Source: an uncultured Clostridium sp.
GTDB lineage: Bacteria; Bacillota; Clostridia; TANB77; CAG-508
Assembly (NCBI GenBank): GCA_900553405.1
Contig: USDF01000001.1
Span: 2,567 to 66,566 of the forward strand
DNA length: 64,000 nucleotides
Direction: 5' to 3'
Below are positions 9,410 through 19,998 of this stretch, one piece after another (position 1 is the first letter of the stretch; every line of letters begins with the position of its first letter). The translations under genes and the position numbers were made by a program. A model generated the notes under the pieces. It was not told where the DNA came from. It ran no database searches and saw nothing but the letters and a program-made list of their open reading frames with translations.

Positions 9410-11365
9410 ATGTTTAAATTACACTCAGAATATAAGCCAACAGGCGACCAACCACAAGCAATAGAATACTTATCAAAAGGAATAAAAGAAGGCAAGAAGT
9501 TTCAAACATTGCTAGGAGTAACAGGTTCTGGTAAAACTTTTACTATGGCAAATATAATTCAAAATGTACAAAAGCCTACACTTGTTTTAGCACATAATAA
9601 GACTTTAGCAGGACAACTTTATTCGGAGTTTAAAGAGTTCTTCCCAGAGAACAATGTAGAGTATTTTGTTTCATACTATGACTATTACCAACCAGAAGCG
9701 TATATTCCACAATCAGATACTTATATAGAAAAAGACTCCTCTGTAAATGATGAAATAGATAAACTTCGCCATAGTGCTACTGCCTCTCTTTTTGAAACAA
9801 GAGATACAATAATTGTAGCTTCTGTTTCTTGTATATATGGATTAGGAGATCCTATAGATTATGAAAATATGGCTATATCTTTAAGACCGGGTATGCAGAT
9901 AGAAAGAGATAAGGTACTAAAAAAATTAGTTAATATGCAATACACAAGAAATGAATTAGACTTTAAAAGAGGTACTTTTAGAGCTAAAGGTGATATTGTA
10001 GAAATTTATCCATCAGATGAAAGTGAAACAGCAATAAGAGTAGAATTCTGGGGAGATGAAATAGAAAAAATTTCAGAAATAAATCCACTTACAGGAAAAG
10101 TGCAAGCTACAAGAAATCATATTGTTATATTCCCAAATTCACACTATGTTACAACTTCAGATAAAATGGAAAGAGCATTAGATGCCATAGATAAAGAAAA
10201 AGAACAAAGGGTAGAATATTTTAAGTCTATTGGTAAATTAATAGAAGCACAAAGAATAGAAGAAAGAACAAATTTTGATATAGAAATGATGAAAGAAACA
10301 GGTTTTTGCCAAGGAATTGAAAACTATTCAAGACACATAAGTGGAAGAGAGGAAGGTAGTCCTCCATTTACATTATTTGATTATTTTCCCAAAGACTTTT
10401 TACTATTAATAGACGAATCACATGCAACAATACCACAAGTAAGAGCGATGTACAATGGAGATAGAGCAAGAAAAGAATCTTTAGTAAATTACGGTTTTAG
10501 ACTTCCATCAGCTTTTGATAATAGACCTTTAAAATTTGAAGAATTTGAACAACGAATTAATCAATGTATATTTGTTAGCGCAACGCCTGCAGATTACGAA
10601 AAAGAACATTCTAAAGATAATGTTGTAGAACAAATAATACGTCCTACAGGACTTTTAGATCCTAAAATAGAGGTAAAACCTGTAACAAATCAAGTAGATG
10701 ATTTAATAGAACAAATAAGACAAACTACAGAAGCGGGAGACAGAGTATTAGTTACGACTCTTACTAAAAAAATGGCAGAAGACTTATCTAGCTATTTAGC
10801 AGGTATAGGCATAAAAGTAAAATATATGCATTCAGATATAAAAGCATTAGAGAGAATGGAAATAATAAGAGATTTAAGACTTGGAGAGTTTGATGTTTTA
10901 GTTGGTATAAATCTTTTAAGAGAAGGTTTAGATATTCCAGAAGTTTCTTTAGTTGCTATACTAGATGCAGATAAAGAAGGATTTTTACGTTCAGAACGTT
11001 CTTTAATTCAAACTATAGGACGTGCCGCAAGAAATACCAATGGTATGGTAATAATGTATGCAGATGAACTTACAGAAAGTATGGAAAAAGCGATTTCTGA
11101 AACAAATAGAAGAAGAAAAATACAAGAGGAATACAACAAAGAACATGGGATTGTTCCTCAAACAATAAAGAAAAATATTAGAGATACTATTAAAGCTAGC
11201 ATAGTTGAAGAAGCACAGAAAGAATATAGTATAGATAAAGAAGCGGATATACAAGAAGTAATAGATAAATTAACAGATGAAATGCTAAAATATGCTTCAC
11301 AAATGGAATTTGAAAAAGCAGCAGAATTAAGAGATAAAATAAAAGAATTAACAGGTGAAGTTTAA
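9410..11365 (+). CDS. uvrB: excinuclease ABC subunit B
   Basis: 651 aa. Helicase motifs (GVTGSGKT), DExH (LIDESH), C-terminal UVR domain ([11 protein letters not shown]). Confidence 0.95.
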   Translation: MFKLHSEYKPTGDQPQAIEYLSKGIKEGKKFQTLLGVTGSGKTFTMANIIQNVQKPTLVLAHNKTLAGQLYSEFKEFFPENNVEYFVSYYDYYQPEAYIPQSDTYIEKDSSVNDEIDKLRHSATASLFETRDTIIVASVSCIYGLGDPIDYENMAISLRPGMQIERDKVLKKLVNMQYTRNELDFKRGTFRAKGDIVEIYPSDESETAIRVEFWGDEIEKISEINPLTGKVQATRNHIVIFPNSHYVTTSDKMERALDAIDKEKEQRVEYFKSIGKLIEAQRIEERTNFDIEMMKETGFCQGIENYSRHISGREEGSPPFTLFDYFPKDFLLLIDESHATIPQVRAMYNGDRARKESLVNYGFRLPSAFDNRPLKFEEFEQRINQCIFVSATPADYEKEHSKDNVVEQIIRPTGLLDPKIEVKPVTNQVDDLIEQIRQTTEAGDRVLVTTLTKKMAEDLSSYLAGIGIKVKYMHSDIKALERMEIIRDLRLGEFDVLVGINLLREGLDIPEVSLVAILDADKEGFLRSERSLIQTIGRAARNTNGMVIMYADELTESMEKAISETNRRRKIQEEYNKEHGIVPQTIKKNIRDTIKASIVEEAQKEYSIDKEADIQEVIDKLTDEMLKYASQMEFEKAAELRDKIKELTGEV

Positions 11366-11485
11366 TTGGGTAAGAATAAGGATTTTTAATAAAGGCGTTA
11401 AAATAATTATTATAAAAATAGAAAGTTGGAAACAAATTAAAGTGACCAACTTTCTATTTTTTCATATTATAGATTAGGTGGTTTT

Positions 11486-12008
11486 ATGAGAGTTTTTAAA
11501 GAATTATATGAAGATGCAAAAAACATAATGAAGAAAGATCCTGCTTGCAAAAATATACTTGAAGTTATCATTTTATACCCGGGCTTTCACATATTAGTAT
11601 TCCATAGAATATCTAATTTCTTATACAGACATAAGCTAAAATTTTTAGCAAGATTAAATTCACAAATAGGAAGATTTTTTACAGGAATAGAAATTCATCC
11701 AGGAGCAAAAATAGGTAGAAGATTATTTATAGACCATGGAATGGGAATTGTAATTGGAGAAACTGCAACAATAGGTAATGATTGCACAATTTATCACAAT
11801 GCCACTTTAGGTGGAACAGGAAAAGATAAGTACAAAAGACATCCTGATTTAGGTAATAATGTAATGGTAGGTTGTGGTGCAAAAGTACTACGGACCGATA
11901 AAAATAGGTAACAATGTAAAAATAGGAGCAAATGCAGTAATTTTAAAAAATGTAGAAAGTAATGTAACAGTTGTTGGAATGCCGGGAAGAGTAGTAAAAA
12001 GAATATAA
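11486..12008 (+). pseudogene. cysE: serine O-acetyltransferase with a +1 frameshift (single-base insertion near 11890)
   Basis: N-terminal 141 aa are CysE-like with hexapeptide repeats. The ORF stops at 11911, but removing the C at 11890 (ctaCggacc) continues [39 protein letters not shown] to a stop at 12008. Confidence 0.7.
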
Positions 12009-12018
12009 AAATAAAAAA

Positions 12019-12042
12019 AGCCTATCAAAAAATGATAGGCTT
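12019..12042. terminator. hairpin terminator (GC-rich 10-bp stem, bidirectional context)
   Basis: aagcctatca-aaaaa-tgataggctt. Confidence 0.55.
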
Positions 12043-12065
12043 AAAACTACTTTCTCTTTTTTAAA

Positions 12066-12342
12066 AGAGAAATGTTATTTCTTGCGAACAACGCAAGCAA
12101 AACGTTTGTCATCTGAAGATGCCAAAGTTTTGGGTCCTCTCTGTACCACTAAGGAAGAATAATCCCGGGTGATTTTCTTTATTTCACTACCATATAAATC
12201 AATAGTGAAGAAAGGAGCAGAGGAACTAAGAAATTCTTCTACCTTTGAGTGGATGTACTGGCTTCTTGTAATGTACTGCATAAAAGAACCTCCTTTAAGT
12301 AGTTTTATAAAATTGTTATTTGAACATTATAACATAAAATTA
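12066..12342 (+). ncRNA. ffs: candidate signal recognition particle RNA (large Bacillus-type SRP RNA / scRNA)
   Basis: Non-coding ~275 nt. GUUUUGGGUCCUCUCUG and GAAGAAAGGAGCAGAGGAACUAAG ... GGAUGUACUGGC resemble, from memory, SRP RNA domain IV (GGAAGCAG ... GGAUGUAGCUGGC) and the B. subtilis scRNA GUUUGGGUCC motif. A ~17-bp long-range helix forms (GTACCACTAAGGAAGAA vs TTCTTCTACCTTTGAGTGGATGTAC). Small 5' hairpins (cttgcg-aacaa-cgcaag; catc-tgaa-gatg) fit an Alu domain. Confidence 0.4.
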
Positions 12343-12473
12343 AAGATATGTAAACTTTTTTAGAAAAAATGAACATAAAATAGTAATCAAGGATGTTTTT
12401 AACATAAAATAAAACAATAAAGAAGTATTAAACACTAAAATTTAATACTTCTTTTATTGCTTTATTAAAAAAA

Positions 12474-12761
12474 TTAAGCCCTTGAAGGTTGATTCTTCAT
12501 AGAGAGAATCCATAACTTTTGTGCAAAAGAATATTTTGAATCATTTTCATCTAAAGATTTCACATCTTCGCACTCTACTCTGACTTTTTTCCAAGAAATC
12601 CGGTGAGTTCTTGGAAAATAATTGAACTCTTTTAAATCTGTGACTTCAAGGCCATTTTGCCTAAGCTCAATAGCTTTAGTTTTACCAATTTTAAAATTGG
12701 CTACAAACAAACCAAATTCAGCTTCAGACTTCAATTTTTCTTCTACAGTTGCATTGATCAT
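12474..12761 (-). CDS. hypothetical small protein
   Basis: Start chosen at an internal Met with RBS (aaaggaggg-N5-ATG). A terminator hairpin lies downstream at 12425-12470. Confidence 0.4.
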   Translation of the reverse strand: MINATVEEKLKSEAEFGLFVANFKIGKTKAIELRQNGLEVTDLKEFNYFPRTHRISWKKVRVECEDVKSLDENDSKYSFAQKLWILSMKNQPSRA

Positions 12762-13005
12762 AAGTTGCCCTCCTTTTAGAATATAGCATAAATTAAACAA
12801 AGTTATACTAATTTCAACAAGTTTATGTATAAAGTATACCATAAAACAACAAATATGTAAACTAAAATTTTACTATTTTATACCAAACTCTTGTTTTTAT
12901 AAAATTAATATAGTATAATGAAAAAGATTTAAGACAAAATAATTTATAATATATAATTATGAAAGAGTAATGTTAAATTATATGTTTATTATATAGGGGG
13001 CAAAT

Positions 13006-15837
13006 ATGAACGATAAAATAATTATAAAAGGTGCGAAAGTACATAATTTAAAAAATATAAACTTAGAAATACCAAGAGATAAATTAGTTGTTATAACAGG
13101 TCTTTCAGGTTCAGGAAAATCATCTTTAGCATTTGATACTTTATATGCAGAAGGCCAAAGAAGATATGTAGAAAGTCTTTCTTCATATGCAAGACAATTC
13201 TTAGGAATGATGGAAAAACCAGAAGTGGAATCTATAGATGGACTTTCACCAGCAATTTCAATAGATCAAAAAACAACTTCAAAAAATCCACGTTCTACAG
13301 TAGGCACAGTTACTGAAATATATGATTATCTTCGTTTATTATATGCAAGAATAGGTGTACCATATTGCCCAAAATGTGGTAAGAAAATAGAAAAACAAAC
13401 AGTAGATCAAATAGTAGACTCTATTTTAGAAATGCCAGAAGGCACAAAAATACAAGTATTATCTCCAATAGTTAGAGGTAGAAAAGGTGAGTTCGTAAAA
13501 CAATTAGAAGGTTACCAAAAAGAAGGTTTCGTTCGTGCTAGAGTGGACGGAAATACAGTAGAGCTCTCAGATGATTTAGATTTAGACAGAAAGAAAAAAC
13601 ATAATATAGAATTAATTATAGATAGATTAGTTATAAAAGAAGATATTAGGAGTAGACTTACAGAAAGTGTTGAAATAGCATTAAAAAATGCTAATAATTT
13701 AGTCCTAATAGAAGATGCAACAAATAAACAAGAAAAATTATATAGTGGCAATTATGCATGTCCAGATTGCAATATTAGTTTTGATGAGTTATCACCAAGA
13801 ATGTTTTCGTTTAATAACCCATTCGGTGCATGCCCAAGCTGTACAGGTTTAGGTTTTTTAATGAAAATGGATGAAGACTTAATTATACCTGACAGAAATA
13901 AAACTTTATATGACGGAGTAAAAGCATTTGGTGCAAGTACTATGAAAAAAGGCGATACTATGGCAAAAATGTATTTTGAAAGTATCGGAAAACACTATGG
14001 TGTAAAAATAAAAGATGTTCCTATAAAAAAACTACCAAAAGAATTTTTAGATAAAATTTTATATGGGACAGGAACAGAAGAAATAGATTTTGAATATTCA
14101 TCACCATCAGGAGTTAGAAAATTTAAAGCTCCATTTGAGGGAGTAATACCAACATTAGAGAGAAGACACAATGAAACAAAATCACAAGGAATGCGCGATT
14201 TTTACGAAATGTATATGAGCGATAGTGATTGTCCAGAATGTCATGGTTCAAGACTTAATAAAAACAGCTTGGCAGTAAAAGTAGGTAGTAAAAATATACA
14301 AGAACTAACAGATATGCAAATTACAGGAATAAAAGATTATATAAATTCTTTAGAATTAAGTAAAAAAGACGAAATGATAGCAGGACAAATAATTAAAGAA
14401 TTAAACACAAGACTACAATTCTTAATAGATGTTGGTTTAGACTATTTAACTTTATCAAGAAGTGCTGGAACACTATCTGGTGGAGAAGCACAACGTATTC
14501 GTTTAGCAACTCAAATTGGTTCAGGCTTAACTGGTGTACTTTATATACTAGATGAACCAAGTATAGGACTTCATCAAAGAGACAATGATAGACTAATAGC
14601 AACTCTTAAAAAGTTACGTGATTTAGGAAATAGTGTTATAGTTGTAGAACATGATGAAGATACTATGTACGCAGCAGACCAAATAATAGATATAGGACCA
14701 GGTGCAGGTGTTCACGGAGGTAGAGTCTTAGCACAAGGAACAGCAGAAGAAATTAAAAAAGTAGAAGGTTCTATTACAGGAGATTATTTAAGTAAAAGGA
14801 AACAAATTCATGTACCTAAAAAAAGAAGAAAATCAAATGGAAGAACAATAGAAGTAAAAGGAGCAGTAGAAAACAACTTGAAAAATGTAAATGTTAAATT
14901 TCCACTTGGTGAATTTATATGTGTAACAGGTGTTTCAGGTTCTGGAAAGAGTACATTAGTAAACGAAATATTATACAAAACTATTGCTAAAGAATTAAAT
15001 GGCTCAAATATTAAACCAGGAAAATGCAAAGAAGTAAAAGGACTTGAAAATATAGATAAAATTATAAATATTGATCAATCACCAATTGGTAGAACACCAC
15101 GTTCTAATCCAGCAACATATACAGGAGTATTTGATTATATTAGAGATTTATTTGCAGGGACAAACGAAGCAAAAATGAGAGGATATGATAAAGGCAGATT
15201 TAGCTTTAACGTACCAGGTGGAAGATGTGAAGCATGTAGCGGAGATGGCGTTTTAAAAATAGAAATGCACTTTTTATCAGACATTTATGTGCCTTGTGAA
15301 GTATGTAAAGGAAAACGTTATAACAAAGAAACGTTAGAAGTAAAATATAAAGGAAAGACAATTTCAGACGTATTAGATATGACAGTAGAAGAAGCATTAG
15401 AGTTCTTTAAAAACTTACCTAAAATAAAAAATAAAATACAAACTTTATATGATGTAGGACTTGGATACATTAAGCTTGGACAACCATCTACAACATTATC
15501 TGGTGGAGAAGCACAACGTGTTAAATTAGCTACTGAGCTTTCTAAAAAGCCTACTGGAAAGACATTATATATTTTAGATGAGCCAACTACAGGACTTCAT
15601 ATTGCAGACGTTCATAGATTAGTTGATATTTTACAACGTTTAGTAGATACAGGAAATAGCATAATAGTAATTGAACATAATTTAGATTTAATAAAAACTT
15701 GTGACTACATTATAGATTTAGGACCAGAAGGAGGAGACAAGGGAGGAGAAGTAGTAGCAGTTGGAACTCCTGAACAAATAACTAAAAATGATAGAAGTTA
15801 TACAGGAAAATTCTTAAAGAAATATTTAGAAGAATAA
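13006..15837 (+). CDS. uvrA: excinuclease ABC subunit A
   Basis: 943 aa. Two ABC ATPase modules (GLSGSGKSS; GVSGSGKST) and zinc-finger Cys clusters. Confidence 0.95.
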   Translation: MNDKIIIKGAKVHNLKNINLEIPRDKLVVITGLSGSGKSSLAFDTLYAEGQRRYVESLSSYARQFLGMMEKPEVESIDGLSPAISIDQKTTSKNPRSTVGTVTEIYDYLRLLYARIGVPYCPKCGKKIEKQTVDQIVDSILEMPEGTKIQVLSPIVRGRKGEFVKQLEGYQKEGFVRARVDGNTVELSDDLDLDRKKKHNIELIIDRLVIKEDIRSRLTESVEIALKNANNLVLIEDATNKQEKLYSGNYACPDCNISFDELSPRMFSFNNPFGACPSCTGLGFLMKMDEDLIIPDRNKTLYDGVKAFGASTMKKGDTMAKMYFESIGKHYGVKIKDVPIKKLPKEFLDKILYGTGTEEIDFEYSSPSGVRKFKAPFEGVIPTLERRHNETKSQGMRDFYEMYMSDSDCPECHGSRLNKNSLAVKVGSKNIQELTDMQITGIKDYINSLELSKKDEMIAGQIIKELNTRLQFLIDVGLDYLTLSRSAGTLSGGEAQRIRLATQIGSGLTGVLYILDEPSIGLHQRDNDRLIATLKKLRDLGNSVIVVEHDEDTMYAADQIIDIGPGAGVHGGRVLAQGTAEEIKKVEGSITGDYLSKRKQIHVPKKRRKSNGRTIEVKGAVENNLKNVNVKFPLGEFICVTGVSGSGKSTLVNEILYKTIAKELNGSNIKPGKCKEVKGLENIDKIINIDQSPIGRTPRSNPATYTGVFDYIRDLFAGTNEAKMRGYDKGRFSFNVPGGRCEACSGDGVLKIEMHFLSDIYVPCEVCKGKRYNKETLEVKYKGKTISDVLDMTVEEALEFFKNLPKIKNKIQTLYDVGLGYIKLGQPSTTLSGGEAQRVKLATELSKKPTGKTLYILDEPTTGLHIADVHRLVDILQRLVDTGNSIIVIEHNLDLIKTCDYIIDLGPEGGDKGGEVVAVGTPEQITKNDRSYTGKFLKKYLEE

Positions 15838-15945
15838 TTGACAATAACAATAAAGCGAAAACTTCTAGCTATAAAAATCCTATTTAAAAGCTAATAACTT
15901 TTCATCGTCAAAAAGGACCACAGCAACTCTGTGGTCCTTACCATA

Positions 15946-16227
15946 TTATTTCATTTCCTTAATTTTAGAATTAAATTCACTCAAAGGAATACTATTAAAA
16001 TAAATTTTCTCTGGTGCAATATCTTCACCAGTACTCCATTTTAAAGTGATTCCAAAAACACTAACTCTTTTGAAATTTTCTTTTTCTCTTAAATTTTTAT
16101 AATAATCAAAATTTAACATTTCTTTCATATCATATATTTTTTCTTCACCATTTTGAAATTTAATATATAATAAAAAGTTTTCCAAAGCTTTTACCTCAAC
16201 AGGTAATTCTTCTATTAAATCTTCCAT
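15946..16227 (-). CDS. DUF2442 family protein
   Basis: 93 aa. Family assignment recalled from memory; these usually partner with DUF4160. Confidence 0.55.
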   Translation of the reverse strand: MEDLIEELPVEVKALENFLLYIKFQNGEEKIYDMKEMLNFDYYKNLREKENFKRVSVFGITLKWSTGEDIAPEKIYFNSIPLSEFNSKIKEMK

Positions 16228-16354
16228 AATATAAGCCCCCTAACTTAATACTATATTCAGCATATTGTACGTGAATATGTGGCATATGATGTTTGTCTGT
16301 ATCGTTGAAAAACATACTAACAATAATTCCATAAAATTGTGAAATAATAGGCAA
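16196..16354 (-). pseudogene. DUF4160-like N-terminal fragment (truncated partner of DUF2442)
   Basis: TTG start with RBS ggaggtg. Translation LPIISQFYGIIVSMFFNDTDKHHMPHIHVQYAEYS matches the DUF4160 N-terminal consensus, then runs out of frame into the DUF2442 start. The C-terminal half is missing. Confidence 0.4.
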
Positions 16355-16552
16355 TAATCTATCACCTCCTAAATTATAACAAGTTTAAGATATAATATCA
16401 ATATTTTTGGAAATTTTACTATAGAATTATAGTAAGAATTAAAAAAATGAAATAATAAATTATATATATCATATTATTTTACATAATGCAATGCTTTAAA
16501 TAAAAAATATTAAAAAAGCCATTACATTAAAATATGTAATGGCTTTTTAAAA

Positions 16553-16657
16553 CTATCTACAATTGTTATTGCTATTTTCATTATTATTGTTTCTGTTTTG
16601 ATTTTGGTTATTTTTCTTGCTATTATTTTTCTTATTTTCTTTATTTTTTTCTGACAT
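16553..16657 (-). CDS. 34-aa Asn/Lys-rich hydrophilic peptide (MSEKNKENKKNNSKKNNQNQNRNNNNENSNNNCR)
   Basis: Strong RBS (aaaggtaggtg, 8 nt upstream of ATG). A perfect bidirectional terminator hairpin lies at 16515-16548 (aaaagccattacat...atgtaatggctttt). Confidence 0.35.
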   Translation of the reverse strand: MSEKNKENKKNNSKKNNQNQNRNNNNENSNNNCR

Positions 16658-16832
16658 ATTAAAAGCACCTACCTTTCTTTTCAACAATAGTTTGACCTAA
16701 AAATTTAAAATCTATACATTGAATTACATATCGATATTTGTCACAAAAAAATTATCTTTTTTAAAAAATTTCATCTATATTTTACAAATAGAAAATATAT
16801 GTTATAATACATTTACAAATAAATAATAAGGA

Positions 16833-17549
16833 ATGATAAATGTGAATAATATAGTAATAGGAATAGAAGGCTTAGTTGGAAGTGGAAAAACATCAATGTG
16901 TAGAGAATTACTTAATGAAATTCCAAATAGTATCGTATTTCATGGAGGAAATTTATACAGAGGAATAATATATGCTGTAATGAATTCCAACAAAGAATTA
17001 GGAAGCAATATGCAAAACTTAAAACAAATGTTGCAAGATGTAGATATAAAAAAGATAATGGATATGTTAAAAGTAGAATTCAAAGTAGAAAATAGGGAAA
17101 CGGTTGTATATGTTAATGGTAAAAAAATAGAAGAAGAAAAATTGCAATCAAAACAAGCTTCAATGGCCGTATCTATTGCAGGAGGAAGTGCAGACAACAC
17201 AAAACTATTTTCGTTTTGTAAAAATATCATAAATGAATTTAAAGAAAAATATAATGTAATATTATCAGGAAGAGCATTAATGAGTATTTATCCAGAATTA
17301 GATTATCACTTTTTCATAACAGCTTCTTTAGATGAAAGGGTAAAAAGAAAAGCCTCTCAATATGGTAAAAATGTAAATTTAGAAGAGTTAAGAGAACATA
17401 TAATGTTAAGAGACGAACTTCAAAGAAAAGCTGGATTTTATGATTTAAATGAAAAAACAATAGAAATAGATGTAACAGAATGTAAAAATGTAAAAGAATC
17501 AACAGATAAATTATTGAAATACATAAATAGAGAAATTATATTAGCATAA
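16833..17549 (+). CDS. P-loop nucleotide kinase (cytidylate kinase family-like)
   Basis: Walker A (GIEGLVGSGKTS) and a CMK-like C-terminal pattern (FFITASLDERVKRKASQYG...HIMLRDELQRKAGFYDL). Confidence 0.55.
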   Translation: MINVNNIVIGIEGLVGSGKTSMCRELLNEIPNSIVFHGGNLYRGIIYAVMNSNKELGSNMQNLKQMLQDVDIKKIMDMLKVEFKVENRETVVYVNGKKIEEEKLQSKQASMAVSIAGGSADNTKLFSFCKNIINEFKEKYNVILSGRALMSIYPELDYHFFITASLDERVKRKASQYGKNVNLEELREHIMLRDELQRKAGFYDLNEKTIEIDVTECKNVKESTDKLLKYINREIILA

Positions 17550-17608
17550 TAAGAATTTAAGCTAATATAGGAACTATATAATATAAAATTGAGAAAGAAG
17601 GAAACGTT

Positions 17609-19015
17609 TTGGAATATAACAACGAGAAACTAGAAGAATTTAATAGATATATAAATGGAAAGAAAGTAGCAATAATAGGAATGGGAGTCAGTAATTTACC
17701 ATTATTAGACTACTTTTATGAAAAAGAAGCAAAAGTAACAGTTTTTGATAACAAAGAACAAGAAGAAATAGATAGCAATATCATAGCAAAATTAAACAGA
17801 TATGGATTTAACTATTTCTTTGGAAAAGACAATTTAGACAATTTGAAGGGATTTGACATTATATTTCGCTCACCAAGTTGTATGCCTTTTACAAAACAAT
17901 TAGCAGAGGAACAAGAAAGAGGAGCAATTATTACCACAGAAATAGAAATGGTATTAAAACTTGCACCATGTAAAACAATTGGTGTAACTGGTACAGAAGG
18001 AAAAACAACTACTACATCAATTATATATGAAATAGTAAAACAAGCAGGCTATAATTGCTTTTTAGGTGGAAACATAGGAAAACCAATATTTACAAAAATT
18101 AAAGATATGAAACCAGAAGATGTTGTTGTATTAGAAATGAGTAGTTTCCAATTAACAGATATGGACGTGAGCCCAGACATTTCTTTAGTTACAAATATTT
18201 ATCCAGATCACTTAAATGTTCATCGTTCATATGAAGAATACCAAGAAGCAAAGAAAAACATATTTAAACATCAAAATGAAAACGGAATATTAGTATTAAA
18301 TTATGATAATGAAATTACACGTTCATTTGCAAAAGAGGCAAACGGAAAAGTAATATTCTTTAGTAGTAAACAAAAACTTGAAGATGGCTATATTTACGAT
18401 AATACAGATGGAATGATAAAACAATGTGAGGACGGAATAAGAAGACATCTAATAAGCAAAAATGAAATAAAATTAAGAGGAATTCATAATTATGAAAATA
18501 TATGTGCAGCATTAGCTGTTACATCAAGTATAGCAGATATTACTTCGCAAATAAAAACAATAAAAGACTTTGCTGGTGTAGAGCATAGACTAGAATTTGT
18601 AAAAGAAATAAATGGAGTTAAATATTACAATGATTCAATAGGAACAAGTCCAGCAAGTACAATTGCAGGGTTAAATGCTTTTGATGAAAATATAATTCTT
18701 TTAGCAGGCGGTTCAGATAAAGGATTAGACTACAAAGAAGTAGGAGAGGCAATAGCAAAAAAAGTAGGAACTTTAATTTTATGTGGTCCTACAAGTGAAA
18801 AAATAGAAATGGCAACAAGAGAGGCACTAAAAGAAACAAATAAAAGTATAGAATTTTGCTATACAAATAATTTAGAAGAGTCTGTAAATGTAGCATATGC
18901 TAAAGCAAAAAAAGGAGATATAGTTTTACTTTCTCCTGCAAGTGCAAGCTTTGACACATTCAAGAACTTTGCAGAACGTGGAAACAAATTTAAAGAATTC
19001 GTAAACAAACTTTAA
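17609..19015 (+). CDS. murD: UDP-N-acetylmuramoyl-L-alanine--D-glutamate ligase
   Basis: 468 aa Mur ligase: GVTGTEGKTTTTS P-loop, Mur ligase C-terminal domain. TTG start with RBS. Confidence 0.85.
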   Translation: MEYNNEKLEEFNRYINGKKVAIIGMGVSNLPLLDYFYEKEAKVTVFDNKEQEEIDSNIIAKLNRYGFNYFFGKDNLDNLKGFDIIFRSPSCMPFTKQLAEEQERGAIITTEIEMVLKLAPCKTIGVTGTEGKTTTTSIIYEIVKQAGYNCFLGGNIGKPIFTKIKDMKPEDVVVLEMSSFQLTDMDVSPDISLVTNIYPDHLNVHRSYEEYQEAKKNIFKHQNENGILVLNYDNEITRSFAKEANGKVIFFSSKQKLEDGYIYDNTDGMIKQCEDGIRRHLISKNEIKLRGIHNYENICAALAVTSSIADITSQIKTIKDFAGVEHRLEFVKEINGVKYYNDSIGTSPASTIAGLNAFDENIILLAGGSDKGLDYKEVGEAIAKKVGTLILCGPTSEKIEMATREALKETNKSIEFCYTNNLEESVNVAYAKAKKGDIVLLSPASASFDTFKNFAERGNKFKEFVNKL

Positions 19016-19081
19016 TATTTTTTGTAACAAAAATTCTTAAGTTTGAATATGATAATACATAATTAAATAGGAGGTAAAACT

Positions 19082-19723
19082 ATGTATTATCAAAATTATG
19101 AAGATTATATGAGAACTGTTTTAGGCTATCCAGTAGAAAGAAGAGAAGAATATATTCCGTTAGAACAAAATTATAGTTTTGAAACAAGACTTGCAAATGC
19201 AAAAGAATTAGAAAATTGTTATCCGGAAATATATAGAGTAGTAAATCCAATTGTTTGCGAAGTATGTAATAAATATAATGGAAATTATACTAGAGAAAAT
19301 ATTGATGTAATGGTAGATGAAGTGTATAAAAGAGTTAATTTAAATAATGAAATTAATATAAAAATTAATCTAGATAATAGAATAGATAACAGAACTCAAG
19401 AAAAAGAGATAAACAGAAATAGTAATCTAAAAGCTAATACAAATACTAATTGCAATAGAGTTGTAGAAGACAACGCAAAAAGAAATGGTGAAAGCGAAAA
19501 TAATAGACAAATTAGACCTAATAATAACCCATTTTTAAATGATTTGATTAGAATATTAATATTAAATCAAATATTAGGTGGAGGAGGTTTCTTCCCAGGA
19601 ATACCACCACGCCCAAGACCACCTGTAAGGCCACCAATGCCACCAGTTAGACCGCCATTTCCAGGTGGACCAAGACAACTAATAACTGAAGAAAAAATGT
19701 ATAATGATTATTTTAAATTTTAA
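19082..19723 (+). CDS. hypothetical protein with Pro-rich C-terminus (PRPRPPVRPPMPPVRPPFPGGP)
   Basis: 213 aa ORF with RBS (aggaggtaaaact ATG). Low-complexity N/R-rich middle region. Confidence 0.5.
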   Translation: MYYQNYEDYMRTVLGYPVERREEYIPLEQNYSFETRLANAKELENCYPEIYRVVNPIVCEVCNKYNGNYTRENIDVMVDEVYKRVNLNNEINIKINLDNRIDNRTQEKEINRNSNLKANTNTNCNRVVEDNAKRNGESENNRQIRPNNNPFLNDLIRILILNQILGGGGFFPGIPPRPRPPVRPPMPPVRPPFPGGPRQLITEEKMYNDYFKF

Positions 19724-19805
19724 TGAAATTTATTAAAAGATGAACTTTGTAAGGTTAAAAACGTATTTAACTAATAGCAACAAAGAAAATAAATCTTGTA
19801 AAAAG

Positions 19806-19844
19806 GGAGAATCCCAAGTAGAATATCTACTTGGGATTCTTTTG
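19806..19844. terminator. bidirectional rho-independent terminator
   Basis: gggagaatcccaagtagaatatctacttgggattctttt; T-runs on both strands. Confidence 0.75.
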
Positions 19845-19885
19845 AGGGGGTGTAATGCAAAAAAGTACAGAGTACCTTTCGCAAA

Positions 19886-19998
19886 CGCGTGAAGAAGGAC
19901 TTGAACCTTCAACCTTCAGGAAAACAACTTGTGATACCTAGCTAGGATTTTTGAAATATACACAAGTACCTTACGCTCTACCAATTGAGCTACTCACG
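19886..19998 (-). other. aberrant tRNA-like gene (canonical acceptor, D and T arms; ~40-nt insertion in the anticodon region)
   Basis: Minus strand: GCGTGAG-TA-GCTCAATTGGTAGAGC-G-TAAGGT[ACTTGTGTATATTTCAAAAATCCTAGCTAGGTATCACAAGT]TGTTTTCCTGAAGGTTGAAGGTTCAAGTCCTTCTTCACGC. The insert has 7-bp terminal inverted repeats (ACTTGTG/CACAAGT) and an internal palindrome CCTAGCTAGG. Confidence 0.45.

Noticed and set aside
12075-12281. 68-aa minus-strand ORF
   Set aside because: Lies entirely within the structured, SRP-RNA-like region; no RBS; composition not protein-like.
19082-19723. Pro-rich C-terminus as collagen-like or spore-coat assignment
   Set aside because: Only low-complexity similarity; no basis for a specific family call from sequence alone.
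19886-19998. Calling this an intact tRNA gene
   Set aside because: The anticodon region is ~40 nt too long and lacks a proper anticodon stem, so it is reported as a tRNA-like or disrupted element instead.
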